From Candidatus Cloacimonadales bacterium (GTDB lineage: Bacteria > Cloacimonadota > Cloacimonadia > Cloacimonadales > DAONDQ01): DNA of 64,000 nucleotides. Made by a program: the position numbers and the translations under genes. Below the pieces are notes generated by a model. The model ran no database searches, was not told the DNA's origin, and saw nothing but the letters and a program-made list of their open reading frames with translations. Where the stretch lies: positions 1,088,001 through 1,152,000 of the forward strand of contig OY759316.1 of the NCBI GenBank assembly GCA_963662275.1, read 5' to 3'. This document shows, piece after piece, positions 9,139 through 19,904 of the stretch. Position 1 is the stretch's first letter. Each line of letters starts with the position of its first letter.

Positions 9139-10341
9139 CTATCTTTTCGTAGCTCCGGGTTTAACCGGTTGATCATCTTTTTTATCAATAGCATCTTTCA
9201 TTTGATGAAGTGCTTTTTCTAACACTGATTTTGGAAAGGCATAATTCATCCGCAAGAAACCACTACCACCTAATCCGAAATGAGGACCAAAATCAAAGGC
9301 GATCTTAGCTTTCTTCAGCATCAATTCCTGCAATTGTTCATCATTCAACCCAAGGTTACGCATATCGAGCCATAATAGAAAAGTGCTTTCCGGTTCACAT
9401 ATCCTGATTTGAGGAATTTCAGATGAAATGAATTGTCGGATATAATCAAATGAATCATGTAAATAATCAAGTAAAGCATGCAGCCAAGGTTCTCCATAAC
9501 GATAAGAGGCTTGAAAAGCGGTAATGCCGAATGTATTTCCATAGAATAATTGTCTTTTGAATACCATTTTATTGTACTTTTCATATAATTCGGGATTTTC
9601 TGTTACTATCGCTGACGTCGCCAGTCCTGCAACATTGAAAGTCTTACTCGGGGCATAGCAAGTGAGCGTAAATTGTCCAAAATCTTCCAAAGAAGCGAAA
9701 GGAATATGTTTGTGTGGAGAGAAGATTAAATCACTATGGATTTCATCAGCAATCACGATAACTCCATGCTTTTTACATAGAGTGCCAAACTTGATCAATT
9801 CTTCTCTCGACCAGACTCTACCAACCGGATTATGAGGACTGCACAAGAATACCATTTTCACATTATCAAGCTGTTGGTCAAGAGTATCGAAATTCATCGA
9901 ATATTTTAAATTATTCTCAACCAACTGATTCACAACAAGAGTTCGTCCATGATCCGTAACAATCTCTGAAAAGGGATGATAAACCGGTTGCTGAATCAGT
10001 ATTTTGTCCTCTCTTTGCGTGAATGATGAGACTGCTAAAGCCAGCGCAGGTACAACCCCAGGAGTATTGATGACCCATTTTCTATGAATTGACCACTGAT
10101 GTCTTTTTTCTATCCATTCGATGAGTGATTCATAATAATGAGATTGTCTGAAGTTATAACCAAATACAGGGTGATTGAGACGTTCCTGGAGGGAGGAAAT
10201 GATTTCAGGCGCCGTGGCAAAATCCATATCAGCTACCCACATGGGGATCAGATCGTCAGAATCGAGGAATACTTTCAAAGCGTCATACTTGTAACAACCC
10301 GTATTCTTCCTTTGATAAATAGTGTCAAAATCGTATTTCAT
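9139..10341 (-). CDS. MalY/PatB family PLP-dependent C-S lyase (cystathionine beta-lyase-like)
   Basis: IPMWVADMDF, CSPHNPVGRVW, DEIHSDL, APSKTFNVAGL. Start ATG 10341 behind GGAGG. Confidence 0.92.
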   Translation of the reverse strand: MKYDFDTIYQRKNTGCYKYDALKVFLDSDDLIPMWVADMDFATAPEIISSLQERLNHPVFGYNFRQSHYYESLIEWIEKRHQWSIHRKWVINTPGVVPALALAVSSFTQREDKILIQQPVYHPFSEIVTDHGRTLVVNQLVENNLKYSMNFDTLDQQLDNVKMVFLCSPHNPVGRVWSREELIKFGTLCKKHGVIVIADEIHSDLIFSPHKHIPFASLEDFGQFTLTCYAPSKTFNVAGLATSAIVTENPELYEKYNKMVFKRQLFYGNTFGITAFQASYRYGEPWLHALLDYLHDSFDYIRQFISSEIPQIRICEPESTFLLWLDMRNLGLNDEQLQELMLKKAKIAFDFGPHFGLGGSGFLRMNYAFPKSVLEKALHQMKDAIDKKDDQPVKPGATKR

Positions 10342-10453
10342 TCCATATCCTCCAGTCAGCATGAATTGAAGATTTTTATTGCATGAAACGTCAATGGAAA
10401 TTATTGAAGAAGGGATTAGGTGCTAGGTGCTAGTGAATAATAGGAGCATAGCC

Positions 10454-10756
10454 ATGAACGAATACAGAAAAGCATTTCGAATCATCTGGAATATTATCAG
10501 TATCCTGATATTGCTAAGTATCGTCATTATCATATTTGTTCCACAGCCATTTATCCTTAAGTCATTGCCGGTTTGTGAATGGCAGAGAGTGTATGATAAA
10601 CCGTGTTATTTCTGTGGCATGGGAAGAGCTTTGACATCACTTGCCCATGGACATATTTATAAAGCAATCTCATTCAATTGGCTTAGCATTCCATTTGTAA
10701 TCCTGCTTTTAGCGAATGAAATTATTTGGGTGTTGAATAGAAGAAAAAAGTCATGA
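10454..10756 (+). CDS. DUF2752-like small membrane protein
   Basis: Two hydrophobic segments flanking C..PCYFCGMGRA..AISFN. AGGAG RBS before ATG 10454. Confidence 0.7.
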   Translation: MNEYRKAFRIIWNIISILILLSIVIIIFVPQPFILKSLPVCEWQRVYDKPCYFCGMGRALTSLAHGHIYKAISFNWLSIPFVILLLANEIIWVLNRRKKS

Positions 10757-10954
10757 TTTGTTGTTCACGACAATGAACCTGGTTTTAGATATAGAAAAAT
10801 AAATGATTGCCTATTTTTAATGTATTTGTAACAATGTTTTTATAAATGAAAAGTGCAAAGCTGAATACAGTTACTTAAGACTTTCACTTAGTAGAGTAAA
10901 GTCGCATTATAAATGATACTGGTTTGAATCTAAATCATTGATTAAAAGGATGTC

Positions 10955-11656
10955 ATGAAAAAGCAAATTTTATTACTTGTATGGTTCTTAATGCTTATCG
11001 TAGCTGGCATTATATTGTATCCCTATGCCTACAAATCTTTTGTTGAGCCATCACTTACAGTTTATGTGATTGATCCAAGTACACAAAGACCTATTCAGGA
11101 AGGGGATGTTAAGCTATATACTTCTGATTCTTCAAATAAATCACAGGGAGATTTCCTGAAAACTCTGACCTTGGATAAATGTGGTAAAGTGACTTTCAAA
11201 CAACTACCTGTGAATCTGTTAGAAGTCAGATATTTCCCACTAAATGGTGAAAGTGTTAACATAACAGGTATTTCTATCGGACGACATAGCGGTAATGTAA
11301 AATTATATCTTTATAGTTCAGGTTATTCTATTGCTGGAATTTCCATTAATGAAGTATCATCGAATACTACAGTATCACCGGATAAGAATACAATTAGTGA
11401 TGTTGAATATGCCAAAGATTATATAGTCTTGTATAACGATATGAGGTTAAGGGATCAACCATCATTAGATGGGAAACTCCTGGTTACGTTAAATAAACAT
11501 GATAAAGTCTCTTATCTTGGTGAAAGATCATCTAATAAAAGCCTGATAACGATAGAAGGTCAACCATTACTATCTGCATGGATGAAAGTAACAACTAATA
11601 CCGGTATTTCTGGATGGATCATTGGTACCGCTGTTGAGGAATATATCGATAATTAA
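10955..11656 (+). CDS. Membrane-anchored protein with C-terminal bacterial SH3 domain
   Basis: N-terminal TM helix; MRLRDQPSLDGKLL..WMKVTT..GISGWI is SH3b-like. Confidence 0.7.
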   Translation: MKKQILLLVWFLMLIVAGIILYPYAYKSFVEPSLTVYVIDPSTQRPIQEGDVKLYTSDSSNKSQGDFLKTLTLDKCGKVTFKQLPVNLLEVRYFPLNGESVNITGISIGRHSGNVKLYLYSSGYSIAGISINEVSSNTTVSPDKNTISDVEYAKDYIVLYNDMRLRDQPSLDGKLLVTLNKHDKVSYLGERSSNKSLITIEGQPLLSAWMKVTTNTGISGWIIGTAVEEYIDN

Positions 11657-11717
11657 GATTAATCTTGTCAGATTTCGTTTATGAAATATGAAGAGAATCA
11701 TTTTACACAGTAAACAC

Positions 11718-11750
11718 AGGCGGAGATAAATCTATCTCCGCCTTCTTTTT
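11718..11750. terminator. Terminator hairpin between convergent genes
   Basis: AGGCGGAGATA/TATCTCCGCCT 11-bp stem followed by TCTTTTT. Confidence 0.7.
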
Positions 11751-11757
11751 CACAGAA

Positions 11758-14700
11758 CTATTTTTTGCGGGGAACAAGAACTTTTATCGGCTTCTTAGTT
11801 AAATCAACAGGTTTTTGGGTATTGAGATTTTTAACTGGCTTAGTCATAGAACTGCTTTCATTCATTGCTTTCACTTTGAAGAATCCACAGCGATCTGCAA
11901 CATTGATCAAGTAAGAAGTTTCATTTGTTGTTCCATATAGTATCCAGTTTTCTTGAGCTGTATAAGGATCTGCTGCAAAATCAATTTCATAACTCGTAGC
12001 GTTATCGACGGCATCCCAGGATATTTTTGTTCCTGAATTATCTGTGTTTAGAGCTACATTTGCAGGAACAGTCAACTCAGTGGGAACTACATGATCGATT
12101 ACTATATCATCCAATAATAGAGTAGCATAACTATCGGAATACCCTAAGAAACAGAAATAATAGACACCTGTTACATCAGGAGTGAAACTAACTGTCAGGG
12201 TAGTGAAGGAAGTATCAACAATGTAGTTAGACCACAAATAATTCATACTTGCCCATGACGGTGAAGGTCCAACTTCCAGATATAATAAAGGAGATGTACC
12301 CATTGATTGACTATCAAAAGAAATTGTGTAAAGTTCACCACCGGTCATTTGAATAGGTGGAGAATAAAGACAATCACACATTGGACTATCATAAGAACCA
12401 TACAAAGATGCACAGTTTGATCCCAAGTTACCCGATCCTGTTGTTGTTGCCCAATATGAATAATCAGAATACCAATTATCCTGAATCCAGCCATTTGGTA
12501 ATCCAGGTGGAGTAATTCCGTCAAAGTTCTCCCTATGTGGGAACACTGTTATCCTGGGATCATCCGCAGTTTTGAATGTCCATACTGATGGTGTACCAGA
12601 AGTTTCACCATATCCGTTCTTGGGAACTATCTTCCAAAAATAATCTGTAGCGTATAGCAATTCAGAAGGAGTCCAGGTTAAACCTGTTACATTGGCGGAA
12701 GTAGCTGTAGGAAGTGAAGTTCCAAAGTATATGTCGTATGAGGAAGCATTATCTACAGCATTCCAGCTCAAACCCTGGGTAATGCTGACATTTACTGCTG
12801 CATCAATAGGCGTTGGATTAGTTGCAATTCCTGTCACATAGTTTACTGTACTAAAAGACCAAACAGCAGGTGTCCCTGAAGTTTCTCCAAAAGCATTTCT
12901 GGGAACTATCTTCCAGAAGTAGGTCTTGAAATCAGCAATTGAAGATGGTACCCAAGCATTACCTATCACGTTTGCACTTGCTGTAGATGGTAGTGTTTCT
13001 CCAAAATAGATATCATAGGACGTTGCATTTGCAACACTTCCCCAACTTAAATGAGAAGAACTGAGAACTCCTATTGCTCCATCAGCAGGGGAAGGAGTTG
13101 ATGTAATACCTGTAACGGAAGGAATTGTTGAGAATGACCAGGCAACTGAATTCGGGCAATCTCCCGATCCATTATAAGGTACTATTTTCCAATAATATGT
13201 GGTTCCAGGACTTAATGCAGATTCAAATACATGCGATACTACATCTCCAAGATCAGTACCATTTTCTAGATTCGTAGGAGGGTTATTGGTTCCCAGGTAG
13301 AATTTATATCCTGTCAGGGCAGTTCCTGTTGTAGGTGCTGTCCATGTAAATGATGGAGACGGTCCTTGAGCTGTAGCCCCATTCGTTGGAGAACCAATAA
13401 TAGCTGCATCGGGAGTATCCTTTTCAATAGCTACATCATCAATATATTGATTATTACCAGCCATTGTGTATCCTTTGAATATGACATATTTCCCTGTTCC
13501 TGCTCCTCCCGGTAAGGTGAAGGAGAACTGATACCAGCCTTGAGCCGGAACAACAGGAGTCCAATTGATATTGCTGGCAATCGAGGAAAGAAGAGTTGCA
13601 CCAGTCAAGGTAGGATTATCATTGAAATATACTTCAATCTTTTCCTGTTCAAATGAAGTATACCAGCTAGAACGATAGACCCAGAATTTCAATCTGCAAG
13701 GCACACCAGGCATATTAAATCGTGGTGAAATCAACAGTCCCTGGGTTCCATTTGCATAACCGGCACTGAAAGTTGCACTTGCAGACCCACTGTGTAGTGC
13801 AGATGTACTTCGTCCCCAAGTACCTGCTGAAGATGTTGTAGTATCAGTCTTGTATGATGTCCAACGCAGAGGAGGAATAGGAGAAGTTGCCTCAAAATTT
13901 TGTAATATGGACGAAGATGCCAAGTCAAAAGTTTGATCGTCCCAAGTAGTGAATGTATAGACTACCGGAGTTCCAGAGGAAATGCCGAAGCCATTCTTTC
14001 CAACTACTTTCCAGGAATATGTCGTGTTATAAGCCATTGCAGGGGGTATCCAATATGGCGTAGTCACAGTTGCAGTGGGTGTTCCCGGGAGAGTAGTACC
14101 AAAATAGACATCATAGCTCGTAGCACCATAGAGTGATGACCAGGCTAATGCGCCTATGTTGCTGACTCCTGTCGCAGTATTAGACGGTAATTGTCCTGTT
14201 ACATTGGCAGTCAATTGTGCCGCGGTTTTAAATGACCATACAGGGCTATAGCCACAGGTCCCCTGTGCATTATACGCGCTTACATACCAGGAATACGTTG
14301 TATTCGCAGATAAACTGGCGCTATTGACATAGGTCAGGGAGTTTCCATTATCTTTTATATAATATGGATTTGTTCCTGGACCGAAATATATATAATAGCC
14401 TGTAGGGGCAGGTCCGCTTGGATCAGGTGTCCAAGTCATTACCTGATTAGGAGAAGCGTCAGTAAATAATGGATAAAGTGCAGGTGAAACTAATTTCGCA
14501 GGTGGAGGAGTCGTCTGTTGTTCTATTGTGACATCATCGATAGTCAAAGCAACATTATCACTTGAAATGACATTGAAGATCAGGTAACGTGCTTCTCCTA
14601 CTGCACCCGAAGGAACATTGAAATAATATTTGTACCATCCTGTAGCACTGATTTCATAAGGAGCACTATTTGTAAAAACTGGTATTGCCGTACCTAATTG

Positions 14701-15957
14701 AGTTGCCCCGGTCAGATTCGGTTGGGTGTTGTAGCACACATAAATAGAGCTGTTAGGATTATCTAAATAGTGTAATCGATAATACCAGAATGCTATGCGA
14801 TAATTATCACTTGGGAAATTGATAGGTGGAGTGACTAATATCGCTTGTTTATTCGTTGCAATCTGTTGTACTGAGGCAGAGGCTGCAGTTGAACCGGAAT
14901 GGTTTCTGGTTGAACGAACCCACAAATTAGTCCCTGTACCGGAAATCACTGAGGTAGTCCAGCCGGTAGGCGGAAAAGTGGCGGAATCAAAGTTCTGTGT
15001 ATAAGGGAAAGTCGTGATTGTATTCGCAAGGCAGCCCCTCCCGGTAAGAGGGATGTTGCTTGGAGAATCTGTTCCATCATGAGTAAAAGTCAAATAGGCA
15101 TTATAAGTGACTATATCAACTGGATTGAAAGCAACTTTAATCGTTTTATATTGCCCTCCGTTCAATACCCAGGGAGTGACTGAAGGGTCAGTATTGCCAT
15201 TGAGATTGAGCAGAAATCTATCGCTATCCGTACATGTGAAGGCAAGATTGGTAATTGTGAGAGGACTTCCCCCATTGTTTGTGATCGTAACATCCTGGTA
15301 GGCACTAGTTGCATTGACCACGGTTGTATTGCCAAAATCAAAACTCGATGGTACTGCATTAAAAGTGGCTGGAGCAGCAGGATCGAAGTAGATCATCCTG
15401 ATGTTGGGTCTAAAAGTATCCAATGACCCTGTAGAAGTTGGTGGAGTAACACTTCTCACCCAATTTTCATGCTTTCCTCCCGTAGTCGTATAATACCAGC
15501 CAGGCGCTGAAGAATTTCCGCTGCCCCCATAATTCGTCTCAACTAGGACGACTAAATTATTACTGGTATAAGGGAAATCAGTGATATCGAATTTCTTCCA
15601 ACTATTCATGGTGAATCCGCTTACTGTTCCGTCATAGACTAGAGTAGCATCAGTGATCATTGTTGCCCATGTACTGCTCGATAATGTTGTCGCAGTCGTA
15701 GTTTTCATATAGATTTTAACCGGATAACTTGTTCCTGTTGTGCCGTAATTATTCCAGTAGATTTCGCTGATTGTTCCATTCGCCCCGATTTCTGCTGCCG
15801 TGTAGAGCGAAGCATCACGCACATAACCATACACAGCATGAATTGGGGCATTTTGAGTTGAAGTACCCGTGCCAATGGTAACAGTTGATGCAAAAACTGG
15901 ACAAACAGCAATCAATAGAACTAAGATTTGCAATGTTCTGAAACTAAGAGTTTTCAT
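11758..15957 (-). CDS. Large secreted multidomain surface protein (ASH/choice-of-anchor-D Ig domain, three cleaved-adhesin/MAM-like jelly-roll domains, several FN3-like repeats)
   Basis: Signal peptide from ATG 15957 (AGGGG RBS). Repeated QNF(D/E)..PP.GW..LxSP..IDDV modules and repeated P..GA..V..L.W..A.SYDIYFG..TY.WKIVP.N..G..WSF.T modules. Confidence 0.8.
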   Translation of the reverse strand: MKTLSFRTLQILVLLIAVCPVFASTVTIGTGTSTQNAPIHAVYGYVRDASLYTAAEIGANGTISEIYWNNYGTTGTSYPVKIYMKTTTATTLSSSTWATMITDATLVYDGTVSGFTMNSWKKFDITDFPYTSNNLVVLVETNYGGSGNSSAPGWYYTTTGGKHENWVRSVTPPTSTGSLDTFRPNIRMIYFDPAAPATFNAVPSSFDFGNTTVVNATSAYQDVTITNNGGSPLTITNLAFTCTDSDRFLLNLNGNTDPSVTPWVLNGGQYKTIKVAFNPVDIVTYNAYLTFTHDGTDSPSNIPLTGRGCLANTITTFPYTQNFDSATFPPTGWTTSVISGTGTNLWVRSTRNHSGSTAASASVQQIATNKQAILVTPPINFPSDNYRIAFWYYRLHYLDNPNSSIYVCYNTQPNLTGATQLGTAIPVFTNSAPYEISATGWYKYYFNVPSGAVGEARYLIFNVISSDNVALTIDDVTIEQQTTPPPAKLVSPALYPLFTDASPNQVMTWTPDPSGPAPTGYYIYFGPGTNPYYIKDNGNSLTYVNSASLSANTTYSWYVSAYNAQGTCGYSPVWSFKTAAQLTANVTGQLPSNTATGVSNIGALAWSSLYGATSYDVYFGTTLPGTPTATVTTPYWIPPAMAYNTTYSWKVVGKNGFGISSGTPVVYTFTTWDDQTFDLASSSILQNFEATSPIPPLRWTSYKTDTTTSSAGTWGRSTSALHSGSASATFSAGYANGTQGLLISPRFNMPGVPCRLKFWVYRSSWYTSFEQEKIEVYFNDNPTLTGATLLSSIASNINWTPVVPAQGWYQFSFTLPGGAGTGKYVIFKGYTMAGNNQYIDDVAIEKDTPDAAIIGSPTNGATAQGPSPSFTWTAPTTGTALTGYKFYLGTNNPPTNLENGTDLGDVVSHVFESALSPGTTYYWKIVPYNGSGDCPNSVAWSFSTIPSVTGITSTPSPADGAIGVLSSSHLSWGSVANATSYDIYFGETLPSTASANVIGNAWVPSSIADFKTYFWKIVPRNAFGETSGTPAVWSFSTVNYVTGIATNPTPIDAAVNVSITQGLSWNAVDNASSYDIYFGTSLPTATSANVTGLTWTPSELLYATDYFWKIVPKNGYGETSGTPSVWTFKTADDPRITVFPHRENFDGITPPGLPNGWIQDNWYSDYSYWATTTGSGNLGSNCASLYGSYDSPMCDCLYSPPIQMTGGELYTISFDSQSMGTSPLLYLEVGPSPSWASMNYLWSNYIVDTSFTTLTVSFTPDVTGVYYFCFLGYSDSYATLLLDDIVIDHVVPTELTVPANVALNTDNSGTKISWDAVDNATSYEIDFAADPYTAQENWILYGTTNETSYLINVADRCGFFKVKAMNESSSMTKPVKNLNTQKPVDLTKKPIKVLVPRKK

Positions 15958-16520
15958 ATTCGTCCCCTTATACTCTTGAAATTTCCTATTCGTATTGGTT
16001 GATAAATCCATCTCCTTTATCTGGTATTAGGTTGAAAGGAGCATTTATTATTATAGACATGACCAGAATGAATTGCGAATACTACATTATGAATAGAATT
16101 CATTTGCAAATCAATTTGCTTACTATCCTGAGGATGATTTAATTATCTGAATAGTGATTGAAATTGAAAAAATATTCGCTTATGAATAAAACTGAATTAA
16201 TTCTTTAGCTAATAATAAGGTATCTTAAATGCTAAGAACACAAACAACAACCTCCAAGTACTTTAATGTTCAATAAATAAGCCTACTCAATAAATAAGTT
16301 TTCCATGTGGGATTGATAATGTTTTGTGTCAAATGATATTTTTATAAATATGAAAAAAACAATGCTTGCAGGTGGAAATCTGATGCAAATCAAATTGCCT
16401 TCCTATAAATGTAATTAATTAAAGAAAGAAACAAATAATGCAAAACATGCAGGGAACGCTGAGTTGTCATTTGTTTTATGTTTAGCAATTCGTACTTGTA
16501 TAAATTCTCAATAAATAAGA

Positions 16521-16548
16521 TTGACATCAAATTATTTTCCTCTTTAAT
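16521..16548 (+). promoter_or_regulatory. Probable sigma70 promoter
   Basis: TTGACA(16521-26), 16 bp, TTTAAT, then AGGAGG RBS and ATG 16567. Confidence 0.5.
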
Positions 16549-16566
16549 AGAAAAAAGGAGGATATT

Positions 16567-19269
16567 ATGAAATATGTATATACAATTTTATTTTTATTTC
16601 TTATCGGCAGGGTTTGTGCCACAATCCTGAATGTACCTGCACAATATTCCACTATCCAGGCTGCCATTACGGCATCAGTTAACAATGATGTTGTCTTAGT
16701 GGCAACTGGAACCTACACGGAGAACATAAATTTTAACGGAAAGGCAATAACCGTTGCTTCAACTTATTTCAATAATCATGACCCTGATGTTATCCAGAAT
16801 ACGATAATCCAGGGAACCGGTACAGGCAGTGTTGTGACTTTTACTTCTAGTGAAGATACAACTTCAGTACTGATAGGTTTTTCGATTTCAGGAGGACAGT
16901 ACAATCTTGGTGGTGGAATTACGATTCGCAATGCTTCTCCAAAACTTATACATAATTCTGTCTATAGTAATTCCGGAACTTTCGGTGCTGGTATATATTT
17001 ACAGAACTCCCATGCTATATTACAAAACCTGACAGTTTGTCACAACAATGGTGAAGGTATCCGTATTATGACTACAGCTTCACCGCAAATCACTAATTGT
17101 ATCGTTTTTTACAATACGACTCAAATCAATAATGCCTCATCCCAAGCGCTCATCCAATTCTGCGATATCTCAGTAGCCACAGCCGGTTTAGGAAATATCT
17201 CAACGGAACCTTTATTTGTTGACCATGATGCAGGTAATTATCACTTATTGGCATCCTCTTCCTGCATCAACACCGGCTCTCCATTTGTGGCTGCTGACTT
17301 GGATGGAACAAGACCGGATATCGGAGCTTTTATCTTTCCGAACACTCAATCAACAATTTATACTGACTTTGAAGTAGATATTACTTCAGCTATCAATTCA
17401 AATGCTACTCCAATGCATTTCAACAGCAGTATTTACCCTTTCAATTGTACGATAAGTTCAATTCTTTGGGATTTCAATGATGGCAATACGTCCAATGTCG
17501 CATCTCCCACATATACATATAGTATGCCTGGATATTTCTCCATATCTTTAACAGTAACTTCTTCCACAGGAACCGTATTTGTAAAGTCTAAACCAAAATA
17601 CATCAAAATCTATAATAGAATTACAAACAGTAATCTATCAGGTGTACTTGATCGTGCGGGATCACCATATTATGCAGATGCTGGGATTCTTGTGCCAGCA
17701 AGTCAATCTCTCAGCATTGACTCCGGAGTCGAAATCTATTTTGAACCTAATATTTCTTTTTGGGTTTATGGAGAACTCATGGCAAATGGAACTGAAAATG
17801 ATTCCATAAGCTTATTGCCATACATTGCTGATCAGAATTGGGGCGAATTTTATTTTAATTCATCTTCCGATGTTTCGGATTCGCAACTTCGCTATTGTCG
17901 TATTGTTCAATCACAAGGTGCTCAAATTCAAAATTCATATGGTGATATTCTCTTTGATCATTGTTTAATTATAGGCAGTTACTATTTTGGCTTATGGGTT
18001 CAAGGAAATAACGGAAATGTAACTGTTTCTAATTGCATTGTTACCGAAAACGGACTCAGTACTCATTATTCCGGAATAGTAGTTTATCCAAATGCTACAC
18101 TCACTATTGAAAGTTGCCAGGTCTTTGGTAATGCTGGTAATGCCATATGCGCATATGTTGGTACAGTTTCTACTTCTATGATAAACATTATCAATAACCA
18201 GATTCAGAATACTGATTCATGGCCAGCAGTGGGTATTGGACCGGGTTTAACTAACGTTGTTATTGAAGGAAATAACATAGTGTCAGGAGGTAACGCAATA
18301 TCTATTGATCGAGGCGCCACTGCGACAATTAAAAACAACATTATCCATGATTGTCCATATCAGGGTATTTACTGTGCAGCTAATAGCAATGTGAAAATTC
18401 TGAACAATATTGTAAATAATAACGCATGGGGCATCTATTGCGATACTCTTTCAACCCAAGAGCTAAGTTACATACAAGGCAACCTGATCAAAACCAATGT
18501 TAACGACGGCATCTGTTTAGTGCAATCTTCTCCATTCATTTCAAATAATACAATTGTCTCCAATAATACGAATGGAAGCGCCAACACTGCAGGTGTATGG
18601 CTTTCATACCTTTCTGAACCTACCTTGATCAACAATATCTTATGGAATAACCACGCAGACATCGGGTATAACACGAATGCAGCAGCAGCAGCCCACCCCA
18701 CGATGTCGTATAATATTCATCAATTCCCCTTATCCTCACAGGCGGTAGATGTCGGAAATAACTTTATCTCAAACCCGCAATTTCTATCAGAATCAGACTA
18801 TCGACTCCAGTCAAGTTCACCGGCGGTAGATTCCGGTAATCCTGATCCGTCCCTTTATCAGTTTTTGCAAACAGATATAATCGGTTCACCTCGTGTATAT
18901 GATGGAGATCAAAGCGGCTCTATAATCATTGACAGAGGCTGTTATGAATACAATCCTACGGGAGTGGATGATCCTGAAATCACGCCTTTATCAAATAAAC
19001 TAAGTGTCCGTGTATATCCAAATCCTTTTAATCCAATCCTTAACCTGGAAATATCTGTAAGCCGAAATACTCATCTGAATATATCAATCTATAATATCAA
19101 GGGGCAGAAAGTGATTCAGTTAACGGATAAAGAACAGGAAAAAGGACAATACAGAATCGTATGGAACGGGTTGGATGAACAGAGCAGGAAAGTATCATCA
19201 GGTGTCTATCTATGTAAAACAAAAACTTCCTACGGAACTAAAATTAACAAACTAATCATGATGAAATAG
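16567..19269 (+). CDS. Secreted right-handed beta-helix (pectin-lyase-like) protein with PKD domain and FlgD-Ig/T9SS-like C-terminal domain
   Basis: Signal peptide; VPAQYSTIQAAI..VLVATGTYTENINFNGK; WDFNDG..PTYTYSMPG (PKD); Asn-rich beta-helix repeats; YPNPFNP..IYNIKGQKV..WNG.D tail. Confidence 0.85.
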   Translation: MKYVYTILFLFLIGRVCATILNVPAQYSTIQAAITASVNNDVVLVATGTYTENINFNGKAITVASTYFNNHDPDVIQNTIIQGTGTGSVVTFTSSEDTTSVLIGFSISGGQYNLGGGITIRNASPKLIHNSVYSNSGTFGAGIYLQNSHAILQNLTVCHNNGEGIRIMTTASPQITNCIVFYNTTQINNASSQALIQFCDISVATAGLGNISTEPLFVDHDAGNYHLLASSSCINTGSPFVAADLDGTRPDIGAFIFPNTQSTIYTDFEVDITSAINSNATPMHFNSSIYPFNCTISSILWDFNDGNTSNVASPTYTYSMPGYFSISLTVTSSTGTVFVKSKPKYIKIYNRITNSNLSGVLDRAGSPYYADAGILVPASQSLSIDSGVEIYFEPNISFWVYGELMANGTENDSISLLPYIADQNWGEFYFNSSSDVSDSQLRYCRIVQSQGAQIQNSYGDILFDHCLIIGSYYFGLWVQGNNGNVTVSNCIVTENGLSTHYSGIVVYPNATLTIESCQVFGNAGNAICAYVGTVSTSMINIINNQIQNTDSWPAVGIGPGLTNVVIEGNNIVSGGNAISIDRGATATIKNNIIHDCPYQGIYCAANSNVKILNNIVNNNAWGIYCDTLSTQELSYIQGNLIKTNVNDGICLVQSSPFISNNTIVSNNTNGSANTAGVWLSYLSEPTLINNILWNNHADIGYNTNAAAAAHPTMSYNIHQFPLSSQAVDVGNNFISNPQFLSESDYRLQSSSPAVDSGNPDPSLYQFLQTDIIGSPRVYDGDQSGSIIIDRGCYEYNPTGVDDPEITPLSNKLSVRVYPNPFNPILNLEISVSRNTHLNISIYNIKGQKVIQLTDKEQEKGQYRIVWNGLDEQSRKVSSGVYLCKTKTSYGTKINKLIMMK

Positions 19270-19331
19270 TATGACTCTGTGGAAAAAAGTAGGCAAGAAA
19301 TCTAGGAGTAAAATCGTCTGATCAACATAAG

Positions 19332-19402
19332 AGCATTACGGTAGCAATACGGTAGCAATACGGTAGCATTACGGTAAAAAACCGTATTTGTACCGTAATG
19401 AT
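19332..19402. repeat. 11-bp tandem repeat (AGCA[T/A]TACGGT x4) followed by inverted copies
   Basis: Units start at 19332, 19343, 19354 and 19365. Reverse-complement copies ACCGTATTT (19381) and ACCGTAATG (19392) keep the 11-bp period. Confidence 0.85.
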
Positions 19403-19904
19403 ATAGTAATCATACCCTGTTTTGTATCTGTTTCGAGAAATTGGTTGGGAGCCAGGAAGGAGCAGAGAGTGGTAAATATGTGTAGTACGACTTGTTAAGC
19501 TGTTAAATAGGTGGTTGTTAACCCCGAAATATTCTGGAGATAGGAATTGAAGAATATTTACCCGAAATGCAAAAGCAAGGATTGCAGAGCAAATTGATGT
19601 AGGAATTTAAAAGTGAGCTGAAAAGTAATCAAGATTTGCAGATGGAGAAGAGTTTAATAGAATTTAGATATTTTGATAATATTACTTGACGCATAAAATG
19701 AATATTACTTCTTTTGGTAATAGGTAGATGTCACACTATTAAGGGTAGTTTTACTTACTTAATAAAAATGGAGGAAAGCATGATTAAGGTTGGGCATGAT
19801 TTTCGTTATACTAGTTGCATGATCTTAACTAATTCAATTAGTGCAGAAAGAAACTTCTCATATTTGTTACTCACTATACACACTTTTAACCATTAGGAGC
19901 TAGC

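Noticed and set aside
19332..19402. Possible CRISPR array (also considered for 43658-43710)
   Set aside because: The repeats are contiguous or nearly so, with no unique spacers of CRISPR size, and there are no cas genes in the window.
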